The notes: generated from the letters alone by a model not told the origin. Counted from the first letter of the whole stretch, positions 25,520-39,211 are shown. The stretch is 63,772 nucleotides of DNA, filler included, from Octopus bimaculoides (GCF_001194135.2; 6 parts of 6 records of this genome joined end to end with filler, not necessarily neighbours in it), one strand, 5' to 3'. Made by a program: numbers and translations.

Positions 25520-27197
25520 CTCCAAAAACATACAGGAATAAACTCATATTGTAAATATCCAACAAAATGAACAAAGCCCACATGTGCCATAGAAAGCCGA
25601 TACCTGACAGAGGAACACAACCTGCACAAACAAACAACACACAATACAAAAAATATAGGCGATACTAACTTATTGACCGAGGCAGGAGGAGCAGTAGTCA
25701 CTAGAAAATTAGATATCTTACAGGGAAAAATCAAAAAGAGTAAATGTGGAAAAGGAGACTACAAAATAAAGTGAAGTCTTTAAGACAAGATCTGAGTAGA
25801 ATAGAAGCCTGGAAAACAACTTATGAAACGCAAGCTGCAAATCTTCCCTTGAGGAAAGACACTTAGTCAATGAGAAAGGATTTGGGACAGTAATGGAAGA
25901 GTTGAAACAGCGTATCATAGCAGTAACAGGCAAGCTCTCCAGATATAAGAAAAGAATAGATTAGTATGAACAGAATAGATTATTTGAGACAGACCAGAAT
26001 AGATTTAATAACCAAATAGATAGTGGAGAACGAAGTACTGAAGATGAGAAACCTAATGCAGAAGAAGATAGAAAATTCTGGAGTAATATTTGGAATAAAC
26101 CAGTCAATTAATATGGAGATGCAGTATGGTTAAGGAAAGTGAGGGAAGAAGTAGTGAGTGAAAGCAGCTAGATCTAAGATTAACTAGTGCAGTAATGAGT
26201 AAAGTGTTAGGAAAGATGCTGAATTGGAAGAGTCCAGGACCAAATTTAGTCTATGGGTTAGTTTAAATGGGAGACTGAGGGAACAACTTTAGGATTGCTT
26301 TAATGGCGGAATAATATCAGATTGGATGACTAGAGGGAGGATAATATTCATTATGAAGGACAGGAGCAAGGGTAAAACAGCTAGCAATTATAGACCAATC
26401 ACTTGCTTACCATTAATGTGGAAGCAGTTAACAGGAATGCTTTTAGAAAGCATTTATGAGTACCTTGACAATCAGAATTTACTACCAGAAGAACAAAAAG
26501 GTTGCAGAAAGAAGGCTAGAGGAATGCATAGACAAAGCAGTTCTAAATGAAGTAAAAGCTATAATGAAAAATTTAACAATAGCATGGATAGATTATAGGA
26601 AAGCCTATGACATAATCCCACACTCATGGTAAGTGACTGTCTGAGTATATTCAGTATAGCAGACAATATAAGAGAATTAATTAGCTTTAGCATGAAGAAA
26701 TGGAAAGTAGATCTCTACTCAGGTGACACACTCTTAGAGAAAGTTAATATCAAAAGAAGCATTTTCCAGGGGAACTCATTGTCCCCTTTAATATTTGTTC
26801 TATGTTTGATATTTGTCTCTTTTAATATTTGTTCTATGTTTAGTATTAAGGAAGGCAAAGGCAGGGTATCAGTTCAGAAATAGTAATGGAAAAATTAACC
26901 ATTTGCTCTTCATGGATGATCTGAAGCTTTTTGGTAAGAATGGAAAAGATATAGATTCCTTAATACAGACTGTAAGACTCTTCAACAAAGATATAGGCAT
27001 GGAATTTGACACAGATAAGTGTGCAATATTAGTCATGAGAAGGGGACAGGTAGTCAACAGCGAAGACATCCAATTACAAGATAGCCAGACATTAAATTCA
27101 TTGAAAGGAGGAGAGAGTTATAAGTATTTAGGAGTATTAGAATCTGACAGAGTACTAACTACAGAAATGAAAACGAAAACTGAGGAGTACATCAGAA
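25520..27197 (+). mobile_element. R4/Dong-type (RLE) LINE, RT region, degraded
   Basis: NYRPITCLPLMWK..PEEQKGC; WIDYRKAYD; GIFQGNSLSPLIF; INHLLFMDDLKLF; YKYLGV. Confidence 0.9.
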
Positions 27198-27919
27198 GGG
27201 TGAGTTTTGTTTGTTAAATATTGTCTCTTCATTCATCAGCCTAGTGGCAAATGAAAGAATTAAGGACAATAATGTAAAACTATGACAAAAGTAATATACA
27301 CCAATAGAATAAGTAGCAGGCTTTACACAAAATGTAATAAGTACCGGAGTTGATTTATTCAACTAAAAACTCTTCCAGACTGTGCCTTAGCATGGCTGCA
27401 GTCTAATGATTGAAACAAGTAAAAGATAAAGAATAAGTATAAAATTATGATTAATAAAATAATTTGATAATTATTTTGAAATGTGTATGAACCTCTAAGC
27501 AAATGTTTGCACACACCTTGTTTGCAGATGCAACTTCCTACTTTTGTAATTTAGCAAACTTATCTGCACACAATCTCTCCTCTGCAACTCATCTTTCTAA
27601 CTCCCACTTCATCCATCCTTGTTCACTCACTACATTCTCCTCCCATCCATCTCCCACTCTCTTTCTGCACTCTTAGAAACCTATCTGCCCACTCACTCTA
27701 TCCAATCTTTTGAACCACTTCATTTATACATCCTTGCCAGTAAATTGAAGATATGCCCAGATCTTTTTCACCACCTTCACTCACTCTCTCCCTCTTTTTT
27801 TTTTTTTTTACTGAAGTTGTCATGTATCCCTTCTACTGAAAGACACTTGTCCCTCTATCATAGTTTATCCTTTCATCACCTAGCATAAAGCCATCACCCT
27901 CAGTACTACTCCATCTCTC

Positions 27920-28153
27920 AGTTGAGGGGTCTTTGCCTTGCAAGTTGACCTGGCAATCTTGCTCATGCTGGTGTCACATAAAAAGCACCCAGCACACTCT
28001 GTAAAGTTGTTGGTGTTAGAAAGGGCATCCAGCTGCAGAAACAATGTCAAAGCAGACAGTAGAGATTGGCATAGTGTTCTGGCTTGCCAGCCCTGTCAAA
28101 CTGCCCAGTTCATGCTAGCATGGAAAGCAGATATTAAATGATAGTGATGATGA
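27920..28153 (+). mobile_element. Family-B element, decayed
   Basis: AAAAAGCACCCAGCACACTCTG..AAGGGCATCCAGCTG..CATGCTAGCATGGAAAGCAGATATTAAATGAT. Confidence 0.7.
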
Positions 28154-28236
28154 TTAAATTATGTTTAAAATAAAATAATAAAATCATAATAAAATGCATC
28201 AATAATAATAAACTTTATATAAAATTTTCTTTATAT

Positions 28237-28420
28237 AATTGCAGTGTGGAAGGTGTTTATAAGCCATTTAAAATAACAAGCACAGAATTTTGTCAGTGAA
28301 CAGGTCGCGGTCTCAAAGCGACGAAAATATTTTGACAAATTAAATTTAAATGTTGAAGTGAATCTAACGGATTTTGTGTGTTATTTTAAATGGCTTATAA
28401 ACACCTTCCACGCTGCAATT
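28237..28420. repeat. Fold-back element: ~50-bp inverted repeat enclosing the HHR
   Basis: AATTGCAGTGTGGAAGGTGTTTATAAGCCATTTAAAATAACA (from 28237) is the near-exact reverse complement of the segment ending at 28420. Confidence 0.9.
28289..28339 (+). ncRNA. Minimal type I hammerhead ribozyme motif with G3-C8 core variant
   Basis: Stem I TTTGTCA(28289-95)/TGACAAA(28333-39). Core GTGAACA(28296-302) plus an extra G. Stem II GTCGC/GCGAC. GAAA(28323-26). Palindromic stem III AATATT. Cleavage triplet UUU ending at 28332. Confidence 0.72.
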
Positions 28421-28919
28421 GTTTTCGTTCCAGCACACGATCTCAGATCAGGTCACTTGCTATGCAAGTGCATCTCCGTAATTTCTTTATATATTTTATA
28501 TACAATTTTCTTTTGTATCTAAGGTGAGTATTTATGCCAATATTATTAACACATGCACTGGTTTAATTTCACTCCTTTATTATTAGTCAATAGGTTAAAT
28601 ATCCAAGGTTGCAAGTAGTAATGAAAGAGCTTTGACAAACAAAACAAATGACTTATTGTCAAACCAAATTAAACAAACAATCGGATCAGTTAGTTGGATA
28701 TTTAACTATCTGACTAATAATAAGGGAGTGGAATTGAACCAGTGTGTGTGTTAATAATATTGGAATAATGATTCTCCTAAGATGCAACAAAATTTCTTTC
28801 AACACATAAATTCACATAAAGAATCTTGCAAACCAGATACAAAAGCAAAATCTAAAATTTGAATTGTAGCAATGTATGAAATGATAGTGATGATGATGGT
28901 GATAAATAAAATAATAATA

Positions 28920-29115
28920 CTTTCAAATTTTGACACATAGCCATCAATTTTGTGGAGAGGGGGCTTAGCAAATCACATTAGTTCCACTGCTCAACTGATG
29001 TAATTTTATTGATCCTGAAAGGGAAAAAAGTTGACCTTAGTAGAATTTGAACTCAGAACTTAGAGTGTGAGAAGAAATATTACTAAGTGTTTTGTCCAAT
29101 GTTCTCATGATTCTG
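28920..29115 (-). mobile_element. SINE family C, decayed
   Basis: TTTTATTGATCCTGAAAGG...GAATTTGAACTCAGAAC matches the family-C reverse complement. Confidence 0.55.
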
Positions 29116-29249
29116 CTAGGTAACCAACTTAATAATATTAATAATAAAAAAAATAATGATTATGATGATTTCTTTTACTTGCTACAAAGGCAAAAGAGAA
29201 GGGGGACAATAGAAAAACATGTGTAGGGAAGTGGTTATACACCATTAGG

Positions 29250-29639
29250 TGTACACCCGCTTCCGTACATCAAATTCCTAGAAGAAACAACGGAATGCAG
29301 ATTCTGAACCATCAACACAACAATATTTATTTACAGAGGAAATAGGCAGCACTTCACCCTTTTGGTTGCTGAGACGCCGTCAATGATGTTGGTGGTTATT
29401 TGTCTAGCTCCAGAGTTGGAATGTTGGAAAGAGCTGTCTCCAGAGTTGGAATGTTGGAGAGAGACTGCTTGTACGTCTGGGCTCTTCGCCGGCCGGCGAG
29501 AAAAGAGAATGAAAAAGGGCGCGAAGCTTGGGTGTCGAACAACCACGCATGCGCACAAGACTCTTCCTGTATTCCTTCCGGAACTAGTCCTTGCGCATGT
29601 GTGGATAAGCTTTCCGGAATGTCTGCTATTAAGGTGTCA
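29250..29639 (-). mobile_element. Possible solo LTR, truncated by a gap
   Basis: GC/CpG-rich. Minus strand has AATAAA and ends ...GGGTGTACA. Internal 30-bp-period duplication (CTCCAGAGTTGGAATGTTGGA x2). No TSD can be checked. Confidence 0.4.
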
Positions 29640-29739
29640 NNNNNNNNNNNNNNNNNNNNNNNNNNNNNNNNNNNNNNNNNNNNTTAATTAATTAANNNNN
29701 NNNNNNNNNNNNNNNNNNNNNNNNNNNNNNNNNNNNNNN

Positions 29740-29831
29740 GCACCACAGCAAACCACAGCACATACCCAAGGCGCACAGAGCTGCGCTCAGTAGTGAAGTG
29801 AAAGCACGTTATAAAAATAAAACTACTGAAC

Positions 29832-29904
<73 letters not shown>

Positions 29905-29933
29905 GTAGTAGTAGTAGTAATAATAATAATATT

Positions 29934-29980
<47 letters not shown>
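29740..29980 (+). mobile_element. R4/Dong-type 3' UTR plus (AAT)n tail
   Basis: GCTGCGCTCAGTAGTGAAGTGAAAGCACGTTATAAAAATAAAACTACTGAA(CAA)(TAA)n; the same UTR lies at 45350-45430 (-). Confidence 0.8.
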
Positions 29981-29982
<2 letters not shown>

Positions 29983-31299
29983 CAATGAGATGCACCACCC
30001 AAAGGCAGACACAGATCATCTTTACCTACCCAGAGCTCAAGGAAGTCGAGGCTTCATCCGATTTGGAATCTACAAAACCATCACAATTGGACTGGCAAAA
30101 TATCTTGAAACATCTAAAGACTGGATGCTAAAGCTCATTGAAAACCGTGAAAGACGTAAGAAGCTTCGTTCTCCTAGGAAGGAGAATAACATATTTTCAA
30201 GTCAGCTTATGCATAACATCTACGTTGAACAACATGATGGAAGTGCAATATCTGTAGTTACAAAGAAAATGATAGCAAAGCAAAATGCGATTGAACAATT
30301 GACTGGCAGGCTGAAACAAAACCTCTACATAGCAAATATGTAACCTGTAGCACAGAAGCTGATGTCTAGCAGAAGCACACCCTTCAAGGGCTACAGAGCT
30401 CAGGCCTAAAGTAGAGACTGAAGGCATTATCTTGGCTTCCCCAGAGCAGAACTTATTGAGCCGGAAATATCAAACCAATATGATGACAAATAGTGGAGAT
30501 CCAAATTGCTGATACAGCAACGACAGGAGAGAAACAGTGGGTCACCTAATCTCTGGATGTAAGGTCTTAGCGCGCGTAGAGTACAAATCAAGATATGACA
30601 GAGTTGGCCAATATCTACATCGGATAATGTGTCTGCATTATAAAATCAAAACTTCTAACAAATGGTATAAGCATCACCCTGAGCTGTAACCGAAGGAGAA
30701 AATGTAATTATTCTTTGGGACTTCCCAGTGTAAACAACAGATCAGACCATCAAGGCAAAAAACCAGATATTGATGTGAAAGGCAAAAGCAATAAAGTCTG
30801 ATTATTGATTGACATGAGCATACTCTGTGACCATAATATCTCGACAAAAGAATTTGATAAGCTCAGAAAATATAAAGATTTGCTAATTGAAATCGAAAAG
30901 ATGTGGCATCTCAATGCGGTTGCAATACCAGTGATTGTAGGTGCACTTGGAATGATAAAAAAAGGAACATAAAATTATATAAGAATGATTTCTGGCTTAC
31001 AATCCATCCAGGAAGTGCAAAAGTTTACTTCAACTGGTACGTCACACGTACTGAGAAGAGCAATGTCGTTGAAATTGTTCCTACCTTTTTCTTTCTTTAT
31101 TGTATTTGTATATACTTCAATTTTTTTATTTTTTCCTTTATTCTCTCTGCCTTCCCCCTATTCTCTATCACATGACCCTGTAAATGAAGAAGCTGGTGTG
31201 CTTGTTTTAATGGCCCATCAATGTATACAGTACGTCTCTTTGCCTTAGGTGACAAGAAGTCACTCGGCAATAAATGGAAATTGAATTGAAAGATGCAAA

Positions 31300-31348
<49 letters not shown>

Positions 31349-31350
31349 CA
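29981..31350 (+). mobile_element. R4/Dong-type LINE 3' fragment (CCHC and RLE region) with (AAT)n tail
   Basis: HHPKAD..LYLPRAQG.RG; remnants of RHDRV, KPDI, KYKDL.IEI..MW and PV.VGALG. Confidence 0.85.
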
Positions 31351-31768
31351 ATATTCTTTAAAATTTTATATAGTACTGACTCACTTCATGTTCGTATTTG
31401 AATGTAGCGGGGGAATTCAGATGAACAAACGCACACGGTGTAATGTGATGAATATTTTCAACAATAAATTGAGCCTGAGCGGCAATTCTTGAGTACAAAG
31501 CCACTAAATGTAAAATCATTTGCTATCGGGATATATGTTTCTTGCTTTGTAGTTTATAAAGGTAATATTATTTTACAATATTTTTTGCATTCACCGTGCG
31601 TGTTTATTATGAATATGGTTTCGGAGCGTTAACTGCTCTTTCTGTCAAGTGGTATTCTAATAACCTACTTTATATATATGTGTTTGTGTGTGAGTGTGTG
31701 TCAGTGTGTGTATGTATGTATATATATGTATATATGTATATATATGTATATGTATATACATATAGATG

Positions 31769-31806
<38 letters not shown>

Positions 31807-32335
31807 TNNNNNNNNNNNNNNNNNNNNNNNNNNNNNNNNNNNNNNNNNNNNNNNNNNNNNNNNNNNNNNNNNNNNNNNNNNNNNNNNNNNNNNNNNNNNN
31901 NNNNNNNNNNNNNNNNNNNNNNNNNNNNNNNNNNNNNNNNNNNNNNNNNNNNNNNNNNNNNNNNNNNNNNNNNNNNNNNNNNNNNNNNNNNNNNNNNNNN
32001 NNNNNNNNNNNNNNNNNNNNNNNNNNNNNNNNNNNNNNNNNNNNNNNNNNNNNNNNNNNNNNNNNNNNNNNNNNNNNNNNNNNNNNNNNNNNNNNNNNNN
32101 NNNNNNNNNNNNNNNNNNNNNNNNNNNNNNNNNNNNNNNNNNNNNNNNNNNNNNNNNNNNNNNNNNNNNNNNNNNNNNNNNNNNNNNNNNNNNNNNNNNN
32201 NNNNNNNNNNNNNNNNNNNNNNNNNNNNNNNNNNNNNNNNNNNNNNNNNNNNNNNNNNNNNNNNNNNNNNNNNNNNNNNNNNNNNNNNNNNNNNNNNNNN
32301 NNNNNNNNNNNNNNNNNNNNNNNNNNNNNNNNNNN

Positions 32336-32390
<55 letters not shown>

Positions 32391-32947
32391 GTGCGTGTTT
32401 TTGTGTATGCATTTATCTATGAAGGTAGGTCAGAAAAACGCAGGAAACATAATGGTATATATAGGTCTATATACATCAATACAAAAGTCGATATTTGTAT
32501 ACTTTTGCAGACTTAGATGTTTCCATCTAAATGCAGAGAATACATAACTATTCCCCGAATAGCAATATTTGTTGAAAAATTATTATATATTTTAACATGT
32601 CTTAGTAAATACAAATAAAAATTCTAAATTGTTAATATTGTTTGAATATTATTTTTGCCATTCATTTTCTTTCCTTTTACAGTGTATGAAAAAATAAACA
32701 CAGAATTTTTGTGTTCAGTTGTCTTTGCAAAATAGAAACCCAATATGTTATAAATATAGACGACATGGTGTGCAGAGAAAAATGAATTACAATTCATGCA
32801 AAAATGAATAAACAAACGGTTATTCTTCTGTATTATTAAAGCATTTTGCAGACGATAATAATAAGAAGAGGTGGTCTTATATTGATATGTTTTTGCATTT
32901 CTAAATATGTAGACATTTCTCTAAGGAAACAACAAACGATTTTTCAT

Positions 32948-32956
32948 GCAAATAAA

Positions 32957-33018
<62 letters not shown>

Positions 33019-33118
33019 CAACAACAACAACAACAACAACAGCAGCAACAGCAACAACAACAACAACAACAACAAAAACAACAGCAACAACAACAACAAC
33101 AACAATAATAATAATATT
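32948..33118. repeat. Compound (AAT)n-(AAC)n microsatellite
   Basis: Direct reading. Similar trinucleotide tracts at 16277-16375, 24496-24560, 38645-38710, 39105-39210, 45186-45348 and 45977-46110. Confidence 0.95.
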
Positions 33119-34901
33119 AGGTAGGCAAAGAAAAACAATATGAACCACAACAACTGCCAAATTGATAAAAATACTAATAATTGTTAGTTATTAAATTATG
33201 AACATTAGAATAATTTACGGTATAGTATAAACGCCAGCTAATCATGTACAAGTCTACATGGGATTTAATGAAACGACACGGATGTGAAATTCAGTGGAAT
33301 GAGCTAAATCGAGTAATATATGTAACAGGTAGTTGGCGGCGTAGTATATGATAGCTTCCATCTACGCATTAAAATATATTCAATGAAATGTTGTACTTAC
33401 TGCAAAAAGGAACGAAAAACTGAGTAAACATTTATAGCGAGTGTCAAATAAAAGAGACAACACGGCACCTACAGTAAGGAAACTGGTTACAAAGTTACAT
33501 CTACTTATATAGGATTATCTAAACTAGATTTATAGGAAATGCTCGCAAAGGTTATTAATACAGAAAAATATCAATCCGTAATAAATCAAATGAGAACAAA
33601 ATTTGTATGAAAATTATGTGACATTATTACATCAGCTTTTATTATATAAAAAAACAAGTGTTGACGGAAATATCAAAGCAAACCTGAAATACGATACTCC
33701 TAAATAGTTAGCCTTCATTATGAAGGAAAAATGATTAATATAATGTAATACGATTTCATATAGAACGAATTTAAAACACAAAAGAAATTAATTCAGTACT
33801 AGTACGGAGATATTCAACAGAATTTTGGTTAGGTATAGAACGTGAAATTATGGCAAGAAAACATGTAAGAAATTGTTCGTCGGTGAATATGGCTGATGAG
33901 GGCGAGCGTACAATAAGGTCTGAAGATGCAAAACTTTAATATACTACGAATGGATTTAACAACATGTGTATTAAGGAGGAAGGAAAGGCAAGCTTAAATG
34001 ACGTCAATTCAATAAAGGTACGTCAAATGTACAGCAAATAAAGTTTCTATTTAAACTGAAACAAACAATATGATAAACATAAGCGGCATAGCTTCATTGA
34101 GGAATATAATATTGTAAATTGGCTTGGACACATAGCTACGTCACGCAATATCATATATAGGAATTTGTAATGACGGAGGATCCATATAATTGCTTCGTTG
34201 ACGTAAAATATAATTTATGTAAGAAGCAATTAGCAAATGTTTAAAAGAATCTGCTACTTTTGTCAAAACGTTTTCAATATTACTATAGATATGTTGTCAC
34301 TCTAGATACGGCTAGTTTCACTATTGTCATTGTGTCATTCTCTAAGGCATTGTTTTNNNNNNNNNNNNNNNNNNNNNNNNNNNNNNNNNNNNNNNNNNNN
34401 NNNNNNNNNNNNNNNNNNNNNNNNNNNNNNNNNNNNNNNNNNNNNNNNNNNNNNNNNNNNNNNNNNNNNNNNNNNNNNNNNNNNNNNNNNNNNNNNNNNN
34501 NNNNNNNNNNNNNNNNNNNNNNNNNNNNNNNNNNNNNNNNNNNNNNNNNNNNNNNNNNNNNNNNNNNNNNNNNNNNNNNNNNNNNNNNNNNNNNNNNNNN
34601 NNNNNNNNNNNNNNNNNNNNNNNNNNNNNNNNNNNNNNNNNNNNNNNNNNNNNNNNNNNNNNNNNNNNNNNNNNNNNNNNNNNNNNNNNNNNNNNNNNNN
34701 NNNNNNNNNNNNNNNNNNNNNNNNNNNNNNNNNNNNNNNNNNNNNNNNNNNNNNNNNNNNNNNNNNNNNNNNNNNNNNNNNNNNNNNNNNNNNNNNNNNN
34801 NNNNNNNNNNNNNNNNNNNNNNNNNNNNNNNNNNNNNNNNNNNNNNNNNNNNNNNNNNNNNNNNNNNNNNNNNNNNNNNNNNNNNNNNNNNNNNNNNNNN
34901 N

Positions 34902-34934
<33 letters not shown>

Positions 34935-34939
<5 letters not shown>

Positions 34940-35103
34940 ACGACGAGCTTCTTTCAGTTTCCGTCTACCAAATCCACTCACAATGCTTTGGTCGACCCGA
35001 GGCTATAGTATAAGACACTTGCCCAACGTGCCACACAGTGGGACTGAACCCGGAAGCATGTGATTGGTAAGCAAGCTACTTACCACACAGCCACTCCTGC
35101 GCC
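34935..35103 (-). mobile_element. SINE family A, 5' part
   Basis: Head and core up to the TA tract, which runs into a gap. Confidence 0.85.
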
Positions 35104-36227
35104 TATGTATATATATATACATAGCCAAAGTAAGGTCCAAAATGAAGCAGGACCACTTGATTCGAGCATGTAGATGATTTAGACTTCATACTGAAGTAGT
35201 TATTGGAGCTGAAGGTGGCTTTATTGAATAACATTCTAGAATAACATTATAAAAAGACTTATTTTTATCCTCATAGCGTTTTTTGAAAAATACAGCAATT
35301 ATCTGTTATTATATATCTGGTTTTGTTTTATAAANNNNNNNNNNNNNNNNNNNNNNNNNNNNNNNNNNNNNNNNNNNNNNNNNNNNNNNNNNNNNNNNNN
35401 NNNNNNNNNNNNNNNNNNNNNNNNNNNNNNNNNNNNNNNNNNNNNNNNNNNNNNNNNNNNNNNNNNNNNNNNNNNNNNNNNNNNNNNNNNNNNNNNNNNN
35501 NNNNNNNNNNNNNNNNNNNNNNNNNNNNNNNNNNNNNNNNNNNNNNNNNNNNNNNNNNNNNNNNNNNNNNNNNNNNNNNNNNNNNNNNNNNNNNNNNNNN
35601 NNNNNNNNNNNNNNNNNNNNNNNNNNNNNNNNNNNNNNNNNNNNNNNNNNNNNNNNNNNNNNNNNNNNNNNNNNNNNNNNNNNNNNNNNNNNNNNNNNNN
35701 NNNNNNNNNNNNNNNNNNNNNNNNNNNNNNNNNNNNNNNNNNNNNNNNNNNNNNNNNNNNNNNNNNNNNNNNNNNNNNNNNNNNNNNNNNNNNNNNNNNN
35801 NNNNNNNNNNNNNNNNNNNNNNNNNNNNNNNNNNNNNNNNNNNNNNNNNNNNNNNNNNNNNNNNNNNNNNNNNNNNNNNNNNNNNNNNNNNNNNNNNNNN
35901 NNNNNNNNNNNNNNNNNNNNNNNNNNNNNNNNNNNNNNNNNNNNNNNNNNNNNNNNNNNNNNNNNNNNNNNNNNNNNNNNNNNNNNNNNNNNNNNNNNNN
36001 NNNNNNNNNNNNNNNNNNNNNNNNNNNNNNNNNNNNNNNNNNNNNNNNNNNNNNNNNNNNNNNNNNNNNNNNNNNNNNNNNNNNNNNNNNNNNNNNNNNN
36101 NNNNNNNNNNNNNNNNNNNNNNNNNNNNNNNNNNNNNNNNNNNNNNNNNNNNNNNNNNNNNNNNNNNNNNNNNNNNNNNNNNNNNNNNNNNNNNNNNNNN
36201 NNNNNNNNNNNNNNNNNNNNNNNNNNN

Positions 36228-36266
<39 letters not shown>

Positions 36267-36399
36267 ACTATATTAGTTTCAACGAAAGTTTTGTCCGTTT
36301 TCAAAGGCTATTTCAAACAAGAAAATAAAACAATAATTATTAATATAGTCGCCATTCTTCTCTGTGAACTCCTTGCATCTATAAATGAGCTTTTTAATG

Positions 36400-36740
36400 A
36401 CACATTTAATAAATTCCATGGGCTTTGAAATTAACTGATTTGAAATTAACTGATTTTCAACTTTTGCTCCTGACGTAAGTTTTAAGCCCTCAAATAATCT
36501 TTTAAACTTCTAAGAGATGGTAAACTGTAGGTGCGATGTCCCGAAAATATGATGGGTGATACATAATTTCCCAGACATATTTTTCAAGAAGCTCTTTGGT
36601 TTTCATGCAGTATACGCAATTCGTAGATGTAGAACTGTCTAAAAAATCCGGTGTTGCAGACATCTTTCGAAAAACGGAAAACAACCTTTCTTGACAGAGG
36701 TTTGTATTTAGCCATCTGGCCAATACGTTCGTTGCAACCG
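36400..36740 (-). mobile_element. mariner transposase C-terminal fragment
   Basis: TKELLEKYVWEIMYHPSYFRDIAPTVYHL resembles WEILPHPPYSPDIAPSDYHL. Confidence 0.75.
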
Positions 36741-36758
36741 TGTGTGTGCTTGCGCGCG

Positions 36759-36798
<40 letters not shown>

Positions 36799-38644
36799 TG
36801 CGCGCGCGTATGGATGTGTGTGTGTGCTCGCGTGTGTGTGTGCGTGTGTATGTGTGTGTGTGTGTGAAATTACGTATGCAGCTTCACTTAATATAAAACC
36901 AAAAAGGAAAATCGTCACTAATTGTGATTGATGGTTGTGGGTAGCACCTATATTGCTTGAAAGAAGATCTAAAACCCTTAATACTGCAAGGAAGTACATT
37001 TTCATATAATGACAGGTGACATAACCTCTCNNNNNNNNNNNNNNNNNNNNNNNNNNNNNNNNNNNNNNNNNNNNNNNNNNNNNNNNNNNNNNNNNNNNNN
37101 NNNNNNNNNNNNNNNNNNNNNNNNNNNNNNNNNNNNNNNNNNNNNNNNNNNNNNNNNNNNNNNNNNNNNNNNNNNNNNNNNNNNNNNNNNNNNNNNNNNN
37201 NNNNNNNNNNNNNNNNNNNNNNNNNNNNNNNNNNNNNNNNTATATATATATATATATATATAGTTCCATACTCAGCTCCATAAAACCTTACGTTCTTTGG
37301 TTCCCTGACAGCCACATATTAATACCAAAATCTGAATATTTTTCAGACCTTTTTTTTTCCGCAGACATACTTTTCCTCTTAAACATCGTTGCTAATGGTG
37401 ACCTAGTTTTACAAGTATGGACTGTTGATAACAAAGCCATTAAAAATGGCCATGGTATTGATTTCCAAATTAGGCATTAGGCTGCATAGAGTTTTGTGGA
37501 ATAGTGTACTTGATTGAATAAGCACCAGTATTTGATTAGTAATTCGATGAAAAATTCAATCACATAGAAACTTGCTTTGCCGTTACAAGAATTCTGCATT
37601 ACTCTTGAAAATAATATACTGGCGAATATCGTAGCTGAAATTATTCCCTTAGGTAGCGCTTATATGTTTATGGGTTCCTCACTTCGTACCAACGTATGTT
37701 AATCGACGCTATTAACAGTATACAATGAGATATAACAAAGCACAACATAATGATACCCGGCTGAACTAGCCATTTCAAACACTATCCTATTTGGTTGCAT
37801 ACTCACAATAAAATGTTCAGGGTTAAACAGAAGAGATCAAAGACTCCAACTTAGAATGGACATTTAGAAGGGAAGATTAAACTACAGAAGAGACATTCTG
37901 CGCAGTGATGCAAGTAAAATAAAACAAAGCACAGAATTATTTGCGATGGTTATATCCAAGGTAAACAATGAACTAAGTCGGCAACAAACAATCGTTCGCT
38001 AAAACAACAAACCTATTTTAAAGAATAGCTTCCATATGTACGGATTAAAAGTAACTGATACTCATAAACCGTGTCATTGAGAAGAAACTGCAGCAGTTCT
38101 ATGGCAAAATATACAGTAACAGCTTAGAAGTTAGCGTGTTATTATTTATGAAAGCTTAGAGACGTTTACGAAATCCATTTTTGCACGTACATCTAGGCAT
38201 GAGAAAAATTGCACTTTTAATTAGTAATGTAAATATTGAAAATAATTCAACCTTATGAATAAAGATACCGTATGTAGGGTTTACCTTGGAAATAATGGTT
38301 ATCTGGAAAAGTGGTCGACAGCCTATAAAATATCAGTATTTACCATATGACATTGTCAGCTCCAAAAATCTCAAACAATAACTACTTTTGAAAGAATGTG
38401 GTTATGTTATTACAGACTATTTGATAGAGAGGCTGACAAATGGCCCATCTTGTCATAGTTTAATCGTTTTACAGGAATTTGAAGTAACAGAAATACATTC
38501 AAAGAAATGGAACCGAATTATTGCCTCAAATAGAAGGCATCCAATCATACGTTCTCAAGAAACATAGAATACCATTCCAGTTAGAGGGGTGATGTAACTG
38601 ACAACCCCTTAAAATACCGAGAGTCTATGCTTGAATTAGAGTCA

Positions 38645-38710
<66 letters not shown>

Positions 38711-39100
38711 GAGTGAGATTAATGCATACCATCAAAGATTTATATCAAGATAAACAGCGCATTCTTCTGGTTGAGTAGCTCAGAAGGTCCCTGAATGAGG
38801 GTTGTTTATGGATGACGAACGAAAAACTCATGTTTGCGGATGTAAATTATTGTAACCGCAAGGAATTCCTCTCAACATATGGCTATGATTCTCCCCCACT
38901 ACGTCTTCTCGCGATAAGAAGTACTCATACGTTAGCCACTAAGGGACATGTTCAACGGGTTATCGTTAAGAAACTGACTCGCAAATATGTGGTATTAAGT
39001 AGAATATTTGCTGCAGCCCATCTTTTACACCAAGACAAGACATGTACATAACACTTGCAATCAGTTAAGAACAGAAGGTATGAGAAACACATCGTAACCT

Positions 39101-39175
<75 letters not shown>

Positions 39176-39211
39176 ACATCATCATCACCATCAGTATGAT
39201 CATCATCACCA

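Noticed and set aside
33850-34017. ATG-initiated plus-strand frame ending at a good donor
   Set aside because: In-frame TAA in the middle; no homology recognised.
20322-37315. Long ORFs in the supplied track spanning N runs or microsatellites (poly-X, YI, CV, L, N tracts)
   Set aside because: Artefacts of gaps and simple repeats.
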